Shown here piece after piece: positions 10,756-24,731 of a DNA stretch of 64,000 nucleotides. The position numbers and the translations under genes are program-made. Position 1 is the first letter of the stretch, and every line of letters starts with the position of its first letter. Origin of the DNA: Neodothiora populina (Eukaryota); the NCBI RefSeq assembly GCF_041146345.1, contig NW_027191413.1, forward strand, positions 1,922,001 through 1,986,000. The letters are read 5' to 3'. The notes beneath the pieces were generated by a model. That model was not told the DNA's origin. It did not search any database and saw only the letters and a program-made list of their open reading frames with translations.

Positions 10756-13319
10756 GTTGACGATTACGTCGTCGCTCCAGACGGGTCCGGCAGAAGACTA
10801 GAATGATATTGCGAATAGGATGAGATACCAGTTCTCCCCTATGTCGATAGTGCGTGTGGAATGGTATGAGATATAGGATGAGAATGTCTAAATGTGACTC
10901 TTGCTGGGAGTCGCAATCGCTTATCCTTTCGAAATAGTCCAGTGAGGAGGAAATTGCTCGGGGTGCCTGTCTATGCCACAGGCTAGACTAACCAATTACT
11001 AAGGTAAGTAGTAGCGATCGCCAAATTCGTTTGATCGGAACAAGTGCAACCGAGACCTTGAAAAGAGAATCGCTGTACAGTACAGTAGGGCGTTCTACTG
11101 TAGTGAAGACGAACACTTTGCGTGTGGGGAAGAGAAGAACAAAGGAGAGGGTTTTGGGTCGGAGGGTATCCCGGTATCACAAGTGAAAGTGAAGAGGAAA
11201 TGGAAGGTAGAAGATCTTTACGGAAGGGAAGGCCAACCTCCAAAAGGGAAGCAAGGAAGTGAGTTGGGAATGTTGTTCCAGGAGAGCACCGTTTGGCAAA
11301 GGAGGTAGTAGCCGGGCAACAGTGTTTCTGACACAACGTCTCGTCGATTTCAAGAGCACATGGCAATTATAACAGAGCGCGGGCCTCACTGCGGCAGAAT
11401 GTTCTAACGGAAAGAACGATGACCGTGCATGTATCTGCGGGAGGCATCGTGGTTCGAAGGAAGACTTGACTGTGTAGCATCAGGCTGCTGCTTGCTGTCG
11501 TCCGTTGTCTCAGATGCGGCATCAGGCATGACAGCTTGTCATGCTACATCTGCTGCTATCGGGCGTGTAACAGCTCATGCGACGGCACTCGAGATGCGTT
11601 GTGTCACATCAATATCGGGAATCTGTTAATGGATCTTGCTTGGTATGATGGCGCAAACCGTTGCGAGAGTCAATATGTGAGGCTTCATTCCAATCTCGGC
11701 TGTCGAGCATCACCCACATTTTACCTAAGGGGCCCTTAAACATGCCTAAAGCTTGACCCGCTTTCGCTCTTTATATGAGCGCACGCTCATTTATATCCGT
11801 CGATCAGGAACCTTCCGCTGATCCTTATCAAGATCCAAGCCTTCTGTTGCAGCGTCATCTCCCGCGCCGAGTTGTTACAGGTTTATAATTACCTGTCGTC
11901 TATTTTCCCATGAGTAGCTCCCATACGCTACTTGTACCTTGCCTGGACAGAATGCAATGTGCCTTGCGTGCGCAGCTGCAGTCTTGCCTTCTGCAATGTC
12001 GCGTACGTCTAGACGCGAGTTTCGGGGGCGATTCGAACGTCTCGTGAAACTCTTCTCCTGCAAGCAACGTCGAGCCAGAATCCTCTAGCGTATCTATACA
12101 AAACTTTAGAAAATTCAGGGGACCAGATGTTTCTCATGTCTCTCGTGAGACAGCTATTGCCTGAGACTATAGACAAGGAAGAGGTGCTACCGGCTTCTCC
12201 GGATTCATCATGTTCATCCTGTTCTAATAGTACTTGTCGCACCTGATTCATTTCAACGTTCCTCCCACGAATCTGGGCCACACGTCATACAGCACATCTC
12301 TCGATATTGTACGTTTCGTGCTTGCCCCTCGCAATGACGCTCTGTGAGACTAAATGCAATCTTCAATTGAAATCTCCCCAGCATTGTCGATAAGGCGATA
12401 GCTGATACTGTGGTATCAGTAACGTGTCAAGGGCGATAGTGTGAAGATAGCGTTGCTGTATACGAGGAGGAGCAGCCCTATCAACAGTGTTCTGGCTCCA
12501 AGGGGGAATTGTGGTTTCGACTCCGCAGTTGGCGCCTAACCTAGTATGCTTCATTTGAGGGTCGTTGCTAGATACGAGGTGGCGAAGTATTGTTAAGGTG
12601 ATTCTATCCTCGGTAATTACCCCTAGAGCGTAGCATGCTGCAGGAGCGAAAGACAAACGCATATATTCGTCAATAACGTGGAGCCAGAGTACTCACGATT
12701 GCGCTCGTAGTCCGCTCGTTCGAGTAATGTTGATTGTCCTTCTGGCAGCTTGTGTGAAAGCATAGGTAGTATTGTTACTGCAATTCAGGGTACCACAATA
12801 TCTGTAACATTCGACGAATATTGTTGGATGAATATACACAATGATTGAACCATCGGAATCGAGGGCAACCCTGTCCTTACTGTCAGTTGATTTCTCTTCC
12901 AGGTTTGGTCGACCATAAGGTTCCTTTGCTTCGGCCCGTGAAGTCCCTTCCACCCTCGGCTGCACGTGGCCCTCCGCTTGAGACCAAGCACTCGCAGGCT
13001 GTTGTCAAAATTGTCAGGACATTTGCCTGAAAACTGCCTGTCTCTTGCCTTGAATTCCCTTGTATAACACAAACGCCGCTGCTAGTGGGAATCAGCCCCA
13101 CGAATTAAGGTAAGTAATGGTACATTGCCATCTACTACACTGTATATAAATTGTACTCAAGGCTGCTCCGAGTAGGCACACATCAAACGTATACAGAAAG
13201 TTGATAAATCCCACACGGCTAACATGTCACACAGACAGGTCTACTACGAGAGGCTCGGCAGGGTGCTACTCTCCAGTCTTTACACAAGTCTGCTAGCTAC
13301 TTGGCAAGGCCTAGCAGCC

Positions 13320-14231
13320 ATGGTGACAGAAGAGGACAATGCAACAATAGAGCGGATGATAACCGAAGGCAAATCGGCCATTTCCATCCGCGCCGCCGTG
13401 CCCTCCGTGTCACGAACAAATGTCTACCTCAAGATCTCAAAGTTCAAGAAACACGGTACGGTGGGCCGCGTGCAGACCAAGACGCTCGGCCGCCCACGCA
13501 TCATGGGCGAGGGCGTCGACAATTTCATCAAGGGGCTGTTAGCCGTAAAACCAAACATGGAACTCGAGGAGATGAGGAAGCACATGCAGACTCAATTGCA
13601 CATGACTGTTTCCATGTCTACCATTTCACGCGCGATAACCCGTGCTGGCGTCAATAATGGTAGGCCTCTCCGAACCCGTAATTCGGCTAGTGGCCGAAGA
13701 CGAGTGAGTGAAGGCGCTGCTGCGTCGTCATCTTCTGCTGCTGCACAACAGGATCATCAACTGGACCCTCAACAGCAACAGCAGCAGCCCGACAGCAACG
13801 AGATGACTGAGTCACATATCCCATTATCCGCTCACACCACCCAAGATCTGTCACATATAGAGAACGACCACACCCTGGATGGAGACGATGAGGACGTATC
13901 ATGGGGACAGATGCAAAGTGACACATCTTCCCCTACCACTACGAACCGACTGCGGCAAACGCCTCAACAACAACACCCCTTGCATCAACAGCAGCAGCAG
14001 CTGCAGATGCAGCAACAGCACCAACAACAGCAAAACGACCTGCAAGCAATAGATCCATTGCTCGCGCAAGCCTACTCGACGCCGGCTGCGGCTGCTTATC
14101 AGAGCATCTATCCTGATTTGTCGAAGAGCGGGCAGCAGCAAGCTGCGTTGGCGGGTGTGGGCATGGGTCTCGGGGGTTCTCCGGCTGGTCTGGATATCTA
14201 CAGAAGCCCATATGCGCCTGTTGTTGATTGA
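13320..14231 (+). CDS. Tc1/IS630-like bipartite HTH DNA-binding protein with Q-rich tail (possible domesticated transposase)
   Basis: HTH1 (VSRTNVY), GRPR linker, HTH2 (TVSMSTISRAI), then Q/S-rich sequence; no DDE domain; GCCATGG start context. Confidence 0.72.
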   Translation: MVTEEDNATIERMITEGKSAISIRAAVPSVSRTNVYLKISKFKKHGTVGRVQTKTLGRPRIMGEGVDNFIKGLLAVKPNMELEEMRKHMQTQLHMTVSMSTISRAITRAGVNNGRPLRTRNSASGRRRVSEGAAASSSSAAAQQDHQLDPQQQQQQPDSNEMTESHIPLSAHTTQDLSHIENDHTLDGDDEDVSWGQMQSDTSSPTTTNRLRQTPQQQHPLHQQQQQLQMQQQHQQQQNDLQAIDPLLAQAYSTPAAAAYQSIYPDLSKSGQQQAALAGVGMGLGGSPAGLDIYRSPYAPVVD

Positions 14232-14743
14232 CGGGGTCTTCTTTTTCAAGCACCTGTTTTTTTGTTATTGCTTTCTTCTTCATAGCTTGACGATTTGCAA
14301 GCATTTGTGTGGTAGCTTTCTCATTTGCTATCAGCGAGCATGGCGTTGGGGGCATTGTTTCGTGCTCTGTGGACACATAATCAAGAAGAAGAAGAATTTG
14401 TAATAATGATAGGGTATCTTAGTGATGACGCCTGCTACTGTATACTATCTACTACCAGGGAAAAAAGTGCCAACACAAGAGCATGCACTCCCTAATGTCC
14501 GATCTCCTCTCCTGTGATATGCTCGGCCGTCACGAAAACGATTTCACCAGGGCAATGGAAATGTCTACGTAGGTATCTCCCAACTGGTACGTCTTAAGAA
14601 CAAAGCAATACTTCCGCTAGAGAACGACAGGCCATCCACAGGGCCTTAGGGTAAGAATACAACAGGGAAGAAGCATGATCATCTGAATGACATCTCATCA
14701 AATGGGACTAGAAGGCCGTAGCCTCAAAGACTTTCAAGCCTTG

Positions 14744-17466
14744 CTAAGGCGCCGTCTTAGGTATTTGCGACGTGTGAGACTTTGCTTGGGCGTAGAGAAT
14801 GTCAACGTAAGACTTGGGTTCTCGCACGCGTGTCATAGCTGTGGCGGTAACCTGAGGGCCCATGTTTCTCATCTCTGTCGTCCCTTGGGGCTTCGAAGTC
14901 TCGACGATGACTGTGTCTGTGGTGGCGAGGATGCCTCCCCAAAGCGGTGTCGATCCGGTGGTGGGGACTTGGGCCAAGTCCACAGACTGCTCTTCTGAGC
15001 TCACGAGATCCTTCAAAGAGCAGTTGTCGGATCGAAAGACGCTGTCTTCGCGCGAGATGGTCGACTGCTGACGTCTTCCGAAGCCGCGTTTGTGCAGAGC
15101 CTTGACAACACTACCTCTCCGGTCATCGGACTGCTGTGCTTCATCGTGCTTTGTGATGAGCGGACTGAACTCTGCATGTACTTCATGGCGCATCCTTCCG
15201 TGATCGTTACAGCCAGGGTAGTATATTTGTCGCACTTTCAGGAACTCCCAGCTAACAAGACAGAGGTGTTCGGAGTGTTTCTGAGAACAGTGATGGATGT
15301 CAAGCAATCTGGTGAAGCCGAAAATGGTGGTCTGCGCGGAGCCTTGAGCCTTGTTCGCTCCGTAACGCATATTGATCGGTTGTGCGTTGAACTGAAGATC
15401 GGTGAACCATTCATCACCAAGGGTTTCCCCCAGTACCGCAAGTGCGTTACGAAGCAACAGGACGAATGTCTTCTCTTCATTGGGCAGCGACCTTCGATAT
15501 TTGTCTTTCCACTCAATCATTTTCACAAATCTTTCAGCAGTCCACCCGTCATGACTGCGCAGGTAGTCCAGCTGATAGGGTGTGAGTTGGTTCGGCGTCA
15601 GTTGCACATCCGGAAGTTCATCTTGATTTGATTTCTTGACCAGGACTAGGAACGAACTGCGAACCCGCGCAAGAGCTGCAAGACACACCAAATATACACC
15701 CTGCTTGGGCGGAGGAGGGGAGGTTTTCCTCGCTGCAAACTCCTGTATTTTCCCGATTTGAACATTCAACAATCCTGTCGGAATTTGCGTACTTCTCGCA
15801 ATGATGGCTTCCACACGACTGAAAGGGGCGAATCGGAATCCGGCCGCGGTGAAGTGATCTGTCTCATCTGCGCGCAGCTTGCGGGTGAAGAACAGTAGCT
15901 GACCCTTTTCGAAGAGAGCGGATGACGCTATGCTGGCCTCTTCGATACTGTCCGTTCCTCCTTTATTAGCTGATACGATACCGGTTCCAATGACCTGATC
16001 GTACAAGGCTCCTAGACTGTCGAGCGATCCGTGTAAGCGTTCGGCAAGGTCTGATGCAGCCACGCAATAACCTTCTCGAAACAGTACTGTTGACTCCTTG
16101 TAGCTTTCCTCATCGTACAAGCTACTCGTAGAGCTTGTCGAGGAGATCTTGCCACTGTAAGGGTCGTGTCTGCGTAAGTGACTTCTCATTTTTGGTATCA
16201 GGTCTGCTACACTTTCCCAATCATGAGAGACCTTCCATATCCAGTGAAATACCGGATGATGAACCCCGAACTCGTCGTCGAATTTCTAGCCAAGTCAGCA
16301 GGGCAAACTTATTGCTTGCTGCGTTACTGACCTGTAAGGCAAAGCGTTTTGCAATCTTTTGAGAAGGTAGAGCGCCTTCCGTGGTCACCATAATATTGCC
16401 CTCCTCATCAAAATAGGCGCACGCAAGCATGACTAGTTGAGCCCGCTCTGCTAGCACCCTGCTACGATGGTTGGTATATAACAGGACCACCAGTACGGAG
16501 ACGGCTGCCACGAAGCACTTTTTGATATGTTAGAAGATAACTCAGACAATTTTCGCACAAGCTTACCAGTGTTCCAGCCACTGTGGAAGAATTAGCATAT
16601 AATCGAATTTATATGGGAAAGATTTGTCTCTACCTATGACCGCAGTGTTCCTCTGCCCAGCCATTGCTGCTTCCGCCACCTTTAGCCGGTAGTTACATCC
16701 GATGGATGCGGTGAAGTGCATTCCGCAGACAGCGACTGCGAGTATGACGGCGCAGAACAATCGTTTCCAGAAGACACTGATCCAGCGTTCTTTGAAGTAA
16801 AAGAACAAGGCTAGTGCAATGATGCTGTCTCCAACGGCAATGATACAGGCCGCGATGATGTAGCGTGGTGGATACGTCAAGGTATAATTCATCGTGCCTA
16901 GGTTTCCAATATAATGCATTCCCACAATAGATAGCCCCGCAAGAGTACCCGTGACGACATCGAGGACCCTCCGGACGGTGAAAGACTTGACACGGAGTTC
17001 GGCGATGTAAAATGCAAAGGTCAGGCCTAGGACCGGAAGTACGCAAGATAGAAACGTGAAACCAGAGCTGTAGACGAGTTGTAGGCCAATCTCGCCGTCA
17101 GCGAGTATGACTGATCGGTTTCCGATGAAGTGCATGCACCATATGCCTATTAGCCCCATAGAGACAGCACAAGCGAAGAGATGTATTCTAACAACTTTTT
17201 GTTAGCCCGGTATTGTGCGCTTGAAAATCAGGTGTGCTATTCCCATACCGGCTCATCATAGACTTGCCCAGGCGTTTTCGATGCAGCAGCTCTACAGTGA
17301 GCAAGGTGCCTGTGAGACTTGCAAAGAAAGACGCTATTATAATACCAGGCATGAAATGCCATGGCACTATATCTCCGGGTCGATAAGCAGGGCTCGTGGT
17401 CCATGTGAGGGAAGATCTTGGTAGAACGAAAGCATCGCTGATGACTTGAGATGTGAGTGGTGCCAT
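14744..17466 (-). CDS. MHYT-domain membrane signalling protein
   Basis: Exons 17466-17249, 17187-16634, 16580-16567, 16517-16332, 16285-14744; three motifs WCMHFIG, GMHYIG, GMHFTA among hydrophobic helices. Confidence 0.88.
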
Positions 17467-19313
17467 GATATTGCGCTCACGAACGACTGTCGTCTGCTTT
17501 CACCTTGCTTGCAGAATGGCTCCTCTCAGCACTACCCAACAGCGTGCTTATAGAGTATTGCAGTGGCAGTTAAGTTACTACAGCACTTGTAACCTCATGT
17601 GGGTAACGATACAATTTCCCAGGATTGCGACCGGAAAAGCGAGCGAGCCCGACCCAGCAACGTAGTCAATACAGGTGTCAACGACGATATCAATCCTTGC
17701 TTGGGTCCGTCGTGTAATAGATCCGAGCTACTGAGTGCTCGAGTCCGAAATGGTATTCGATGATGTTGACCAATGCTTTGTATCACAGGATGTTAGTTAT
17801 TAGATGTCGCCTTAGTATCCATCGACTACGGGCCAAGAAGTAGTGATATCCATAATGAAGACATAGCACACGGAAAATTGGAAGATTGGAGAGTTGGAAC
17901 AGCGGAGGATTAGTCGGAAATGGATGTAAAGTAACCTCGTTTCAGTGGGCGCAATAGATGTGCGTTTCGTGTGACATACGACAGACAACAAGGTTGCCAG
18001 AACAGATGCGCAGTAGTAATGATCCGCGGACAGGGGGACTCACGGGCGCAGAAGCTTCCAGGGCTCGTATGCAGGCATGATGATAATTGCATACCATGAG
18101 GAGTCGCGGTCTGGTCTTCTCGCAGCAGTAACAATGCATGACGCGATGCATATCCCCTGCTGATTAGGGGAACGCTTTACCCGACGTTAATGCTGCAGAC
18201 GCCCATATAAGCGCTCCAAACTGGATTGGATTTCGTTCCATGCGTGACATGGATACTGCAGGAGCTCCACCCGATAGCGGGCATCGTTGGTCAATTGGGT
18301 TCTGAGATTACTGTTTGGTGGCGCCGGTAGCTGCAAGGGAGAGGAAGGCCCCTTGTACAGATACATGGGGCTGAGGTGCCTTATTGCTTGCTGTGCCTGC
18401 ACCTAACCAGGGAAAGGGCTTTAGCAGGGCCCAACGGCCTTGCAAGCGTTACAGGTCCTTGGACTCTAACGCTCCGAGCAGCTATGAATGGTTGCATTAG
18501 GAGGAGCGCACATCGCAAAGTGATGCTGTAAAGTTGTCCGTCTACCTTACACCCAGGTTTGTGTAGCGCACAACGAGGCCCTCTGATAGACCATCCCGCA
18601 ACCTTATGTGGGGAAATGATGTTTGCCTGTGCTACCTTACGTTAGGCACGCCACACGACTTGTCAAAGTCCGGTTGAACGGTAGATGAACTCAAGTTCGT
18701 TGTGCCAATCAGGAGCTCTTTTCAGCTTTGGCGAAGATCCACCTCGGTCATTCACCTTAATGATCCGACCCGGATGCGGGGCAGATGCGAACTAACGTTG
18801 TATGTAGATATCTTGAGAATCGACTCCCGATGTACGGTGGTGGTTCCTGTAGCGAGCAATCGATCTCGGAAAAGCTCCCGATATTCATCTGGATACGATG
18901 TTTCCTCTCTCGCGTTATTTTTATTTTCTTAGTTTGTTCATTACATGCAACATGTATATATTGACTGAGCTCTAGAACGCATTTCATTGTGAAGGCGCAA
19001 AGCTTCAAGGCCGCTTTCAAATTCGGATCCAGCGATCATTGCGTTTGTGGCAGCGGGAGATCTTCATGAGCGATGGATCAACCTCGCAAATAATAATGCG
19101 TCGCATGATTGTATAGTAGTGCAGGTTCCTTGCGTGGTAATCGAGGTCCTAGAGTATGTATCTGAGCTTGCTTCTGCAGCTTGAATATGATTTTAAAACG
19201 AAATTCGATGGCATGATTACAAGCTAGTGACAAATTTGTGTATTTTGCTATTATACCAACTGCATTGCTAGGATCATGGGAGACCCTGTCCCTGTCGGAC
19301 TCAGCTCGAAGAT

Positions 19314-20805
19314 CTACCAATCCTCTTCCATGTCAGCATTCACTTCGCCAAAAACACAAAATTTATCGTGATCGTTGCCGCTGATGTAGTCCCAAGTTGA
19401 TTCCACCGGAAAACGTTCTTCATCCATATTGTCAAGGAGTGCCAATCCCACTAGGTCTTCGTGATCTGGTAGACGGTCTCCCCATTCCAAGATGTTGGAT
19501 AATGACAGATTGCTTGCTGAACCTTGACAGACTAAATCCTTCGCTGCTATCAGTGCCACAGTAGAGCTATCGCGCTCCGCATCAACAAGGGCGTCCTCAT
19601 GTTCTGTAGGAAGCCTCATCATAGGATCAATAGGAGACGGGAAGCGACATGTCCCCTCAACGACTCTTGTGACATCTCTCTCCGGAGAAGTGCACGAGGT
19701 TGCACCAGCACTCAGAACCGAATCAAGCTTGGCGCCACGATTTACATTACACAAGCCATATTGCATCGTCTGCCACATTCGAATACTTACGAGTTTCTGC
19801 GTCGAAGATGGCCCCCACGGTAGAGAGACATCTGAGCGTTGCATAGAAAGAAGTTCTAGCTTAGCCGATAGTGTCCTTGACTGCGGGCCATCATGTGGTA
19901 CATGAGAGACAGTGTGGCTGACTGCTGGCAAGAAGACCGCTCGGGAAGCAATGGCCTGTTCCGGACAATTAGTCGTGGCCGAGATTGACACTCTGCAAGA
20001 GTCTCACCAGAAGGTAGCCAGGGCGCCACATTGCCGGACATATATCTTCGAGACGTCTGAACGAACTCGTCTCCTTCACGATGACCTTGGTGCCTTTTAT
20101 CACAAATTTCGAGATAGCTGAGCGCAGCGCAACATCCACGAGGCAAAGAACACGATCAATGTCTGAGGTTTGAGGCTCCGGTGATTGACTCGGAGAGTGA
20201 GACCTCAATCCTGTTGAAGGAGAGAAGCCCCGGACCAGAACCGATGACTCTGGAGGAAGGGGAGCATGGCCTCCTGACATGGCCGTGGACTCGCATGCAA
20301 AGTCCATGTCTAGGTAAGCTGTGTCAAGTGTCAGATGCGGTACGCCATCAGGAGGCCTTGCATGTGAGCTCGGCACCCCGGTTCTGATGCGATGTAAAGA
20401 CGATGGACCTTGCCCAAACTCGGGACAGTCGTGGGACAGAGCGATCGAAATCTGATCCAGTGAATTTACAGATGGCAAGGCCGTGGTAGTGATTGACGGC
20501 TTCAGTTGCAGCTGCGACCATATACTTGCATTTTCCAAGGCAGCTGTGAGTCGATTCTGTAAATCACATCTGATCTGGCCTATCTGAGTGGTACTGCGGA
20601 AACGCACATGCAGTAGCAGGGCCATATTCCTGCCACGAGAAACCCAAGGAGTGTCATGCATCGGCGGACCCGCAGGCAGATGGTTGAGAGTAGCAGCATT
20701 TGCCGGGTCAATCGAGCTCAAGCGAGCCGCGCTAGACAGAACCAAGGACAAACCTGCAGCAGGACAGTGGAGTCGCAATTGCCCAAGGTCCTCGTTGAAT
20801 GCCAT
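19314..20805 (-). CDS. Hypothetical protein
   Basis: Two ORFs joined in frame by intron 20007-19956 (GTGAG..ACTAAT..CAG), giving CPAMWRPGYLL|AIASRAVFLP; start uncertain. Confidence 0.6.
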
Positions 20806-21213
20806 TTGTCATGAAGGTGAAGACCATGGATTACCATGTGCTTTCCGAAGACTTTGCGAATGGCAGATTGCACGGAATCATTCTCGAGACTGAGGACAAA
20901 CACTGTGTCTAGATATCTTTTGTACAAATATTCTACAGATAATTAGTGGAGTGGAAGAGTTGGGGTTTATCTCACCCAACGTTGCATAGATACCGTGCAA
21001 GGTCCGTGCATGAGATTATGAGATTGGCATAGATTGCGCACAAATCGTACGTCAGTCACTTCCATCCATAGCGATTTGCCTTCGTCTCTTCTTTCACTTA
21101 TACCTTACTCAACGCACTCACTGAAAAGAAAACAGCGGCAAGCAAGGCTATCGGCTGACCCAGAACTACTGGATCAGGAAGACACGCAAGGGAAACCTTT
21201 CACGCGACATTTT

Positions 21214-24200
21214 ATGCAACCACAGTCTCCTCCCATTGTTCAACACACCGAGTTTGACACCCCGCCCCCCGCAGAAGATTCCGCTCCCACCCAGCATGGA
21301 CTCGAGGATGGCAGCCTACCATCATCTTCCTCGTCATCAGGATTCTTCCGTCAGGACGAAGGGGGTCTGCGGTCATCGGACACGAGTGGCGTTGACGAGT
21401 TGCGTCCTAGGAAAGGAGCAGGAGCAGGATCAATACCTCCTCCCCGGCCGAGTTACGAGCTGAGCGCACCGCATACACCCGCCACCGGATCGCGCAATCG
21501 CATCACTGAATACGAGAATGCCTCAAAAGCCTCCACACCCAGGAGGGCCGAGACGCTTGGCTTTGAAGTCATCAAGAAGCCCCGACAGCCTGGAGACAAG
21601 CGAGCTCCAATCCTAGAGCTCCCCAATGGTAAGTGGCGACCACTCTCGCAAAGCGCGCTACGATGAAATCGTGAGCATGCCTTGACTAATCTTCGTGTGC
21701 AGAGGTCCTCACCCATACTTTGGCTCATCTGTCCCCGGTTGATCTATCGTCCATCTCCCTTGTCTCGCGCCGGTTCCATGAGCTCGTCACCACTCCACAC
21801 GCTTGGCGCACGGCTTTCTCGCGCTTCTTCCCTGGTCCCGATTCCTTAGGTCCACACTTTGAGGCCAACTCGGAAAGCGACGAGGAAGATGGTGATTTGG
21901 TGCGCACGGAGCGCAGAGCTTTCACCAGGCTCAGCAGTCTGGCGTCTTGGAGAAGTGAATATATCATTCGGACTCGTCTTCTTCGCAGTCTTGCGCGTGG
22001 TAAACCTGTGCAAGTCATCGCCTCACCCGCTGCTGCGCGTAGTGGCCAAAGCCACGTAGCTACACCCATGACCATGTACAATTTACAGATGTTCACCCCT
22101 GTCAACCACATTCACGCTACATTTGGCAATGGAAGCCTTAACAAACGGCCCTTACGGTTCATACATGGCGCAGACGAAATCGGCTATGCTTCCCTTAGTG
22201 ATCCTTCTACAGGAAAAGTCGACTCATGGGGTCTCGGTGACCCACAAGCATTCATGCAATTTTCAGATCGCTATCCCGGCGATGCCCAATACGGGCTTGG
22301 GCCTGGAGAAATTGTTGGTCTTCCGAATGTCATGGATGTCAGCCAACCCCATGGCATGGTCTATGGCGAAGGATCCCCACATGGCTTGGTCTATTTCCGC
22401 TCCACCGAGGAGCTGCGAGGCTGCTTCTTGAGCTTCTCTACCGGAATATCGTATCCGTCTCTCGGTATACCCAAAATCACCGCGGTGAATGAGGCAATTT
22501 GTAGTGTCTGGATCGCCAAGTCGCCAACGATCCCGTCTATGACCGAGGGCATCATGGGAATATTGGCTGGCTCTTCTCTCGGTGTCTTGACCGCTTACAG
22601 CATAGGTCCTCTCGGAAGTCGGGAGCCGCGTTACGGGAGAGGGGAGGTGACCGCGCGTTGGGTTCTCAGCCCCGGAGTGCCCATCATAGCTCTCGCGATA
22701 GACGAGCAATACTCGCCGAAGCGCCAAGCACAGGATCGCGTTTGGGCTGTCGCATTGAATGCTCTTGGCGAGGTGTTCTATCTCAAGAAGCTTCCCAAGC
22801 ACAATGCCGACGACAAAACCTCAAGCAGGGACGACGAAAATGGAGCACACAACGTCGACGAGATTAACGAACGGAACGCATGGCTGGTCGGCAGAAGTGT
22901 GTATTGGGAGATTGCCGAATCGAGCAGACGATTGTCACGGCCGAACCCATACGAGATGCAGGCGATTGATGGCAGTTACTCCCCTCGGTCATCGTGGGTC
23001 GGCATGGGCTTGGGACTCGAACAAATCAAGGCCGAGACTCGCGAGATTGAGAAGTACCTTGCAAAGAAGCCGAAGGATTTCCAGAGCTCATGTCTAGGCT
23101 GGGACATGCGTAGACGGCTGGAGGTGGACTTTGCAAACGATGACGACAACACTGCTGGCGAAACGGCAGTCGTCTTCAGCTGCGGTCTCGACGAGGATTC
23201 CGAGGCTTCCATCAGGCGGTATGTCCGAATCAAAACCCACCAAGCAAGTGGTCTATCACCCACCAATGCTGCTCGTAAAGCCGATGCAGGTGCTACAACC
23301 TCGATCTTCGGTGGCGTGGCGACTCCAACATTCATGTCCACAAGCAACGACGATAAGTCCGCCAGGAAGTCTTCCGATGCCAAGGTGGAGGAGATTCCAG
23401 ACGAATGGAGAGTATCGGCATTGTCTTTCGGGGGGCACAAAGGCGTCAAGATCACTGCTACTTCGATGGACTGCTCTGTCTATGCTACACTGACAACGTC
23501 CGAGGATCCTTTGCTGACGTTGTCCTCGCAATCAAACACGTCGTCACCTTCTCTCACGCCGTTGTCTCAGAACACCGTTCCTTTAAGCAGTGGCGATGTC
23601 CCTGGACAACGAGCACGTCTCATCGCTGCAGGAACTCAGACTGGCAGTGTCATTGTGTGGAACGTACGCGCAACGATTCCCCAGTCTAGTATCGTGGTCA
23701 ACGAGGTGGACCCTGTGCGAGTGATTTTCACAGAGTCGCCAGAAATATCGTGCCTCGCGCTCACGTCATTGTACCTTGTGCATGGAGGCAACGACGGTTT
23801 GGTGCAGGCTTGGGATCCCTTGGCGTCAAGTATGAGTCCGATAAGGACACTCAACTCACGTTTCTCCTCGCGCGCGCGGCGACGACTGATACAGGCGGAA
23901 GCGTCAGCTCAGGGAGTCGGTATCAACTTCTTCGCTGCGGGCGCTATCTGTCTGGACCCGGACGCAGGTGTTCTTCGAGGCATGGTATCGATCGGCACGC
24001 AGCTAAGGTATTGGAGCTATAGTTCATCGGCAGCGGACCAGTACAAGTCCAGCAAGCGGCGTCTACGGCGAGCCGAGAGGGGCAGCAACATAGGCGCAGG
24101 AGTTCCCAACGTACCGAGAGGCAACTACAAGGACTTCATCGCCAATGAGAGGCACGAGCTGGAAATGGAGGCAGCGCAAGAAGCCAAGCAGGCCGCTCGT

Positions 24201-24731
24201 CTAGCTGGGAGATTCGGTACGGAGCTGCTCGGAAGCGACGCAAGCGAGGAAGAGATTCTCGCGTACGCCCGCCTACTGAGTGAAGAATCGCTAGCACAGG
24301 AAGCGCAGCGCAAGCTAGGCGACGCGAGCGATGCCGATGCGATAGAGAGCGTCATCGCAAACAGCTTGCAGAACACCAGCATAAGCCCCGAGGTCGAACA
24401 AGACGAAGAGTCAGACACGCCTCGGGGTGACGATGACTTCAGTGCCGAGATGGCCGAGGCTATACGGCTGAGCCTCGAACAGGAGGCGCGAGACAAGGCG
24501 AACGAGTGGGAGGACCAGCAAGTGGACGAAGAGGCGGAGGCGGGGGAGGGCAGCAATGCGCGAGAGTTGTCGGACCTCGAGTTTGCATTACAGCTCAGTT
24601 TAGCAGAGGAGCAGAGCAAGTACGAGGCATTGACAGAGGGCAGGGAGGAGACGGAAGAAGAATACCCGGTGGCGTCACAGGGAACGGCAGCGCAGTGGTA
24701 CACGGGTAAAGGCAAAGGCAGGGCCATGTGA
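21214..24731 (+). CDS. F-box/WD40 protein with C-terminal UIM-like motifs (Pof10/Ufo1-like)
   Basis: Intron 21629-21702 restores the F-box ILELPNEVLTHTLAHLSPVDLSSISLVSRRF; WD-like HGGNDGLVQAWD; UIM-like EMAEAIRLSLEQE and DLEFALQLSLAEE. Confidence 0.88.

Noticed and set aside
12600..14700. Intact Tc1/mariner transposon around the HTH gene
   Set aside because: No DDE domain, terminal inverted repeats or TA target duplication found
21214..24731. F-box gene as SconB/Met30, the MetR regulator
   Set aside because: UIM-like tail and divergent WD region fit Pof10/Ufo1, not the regular WD40 array of SconB
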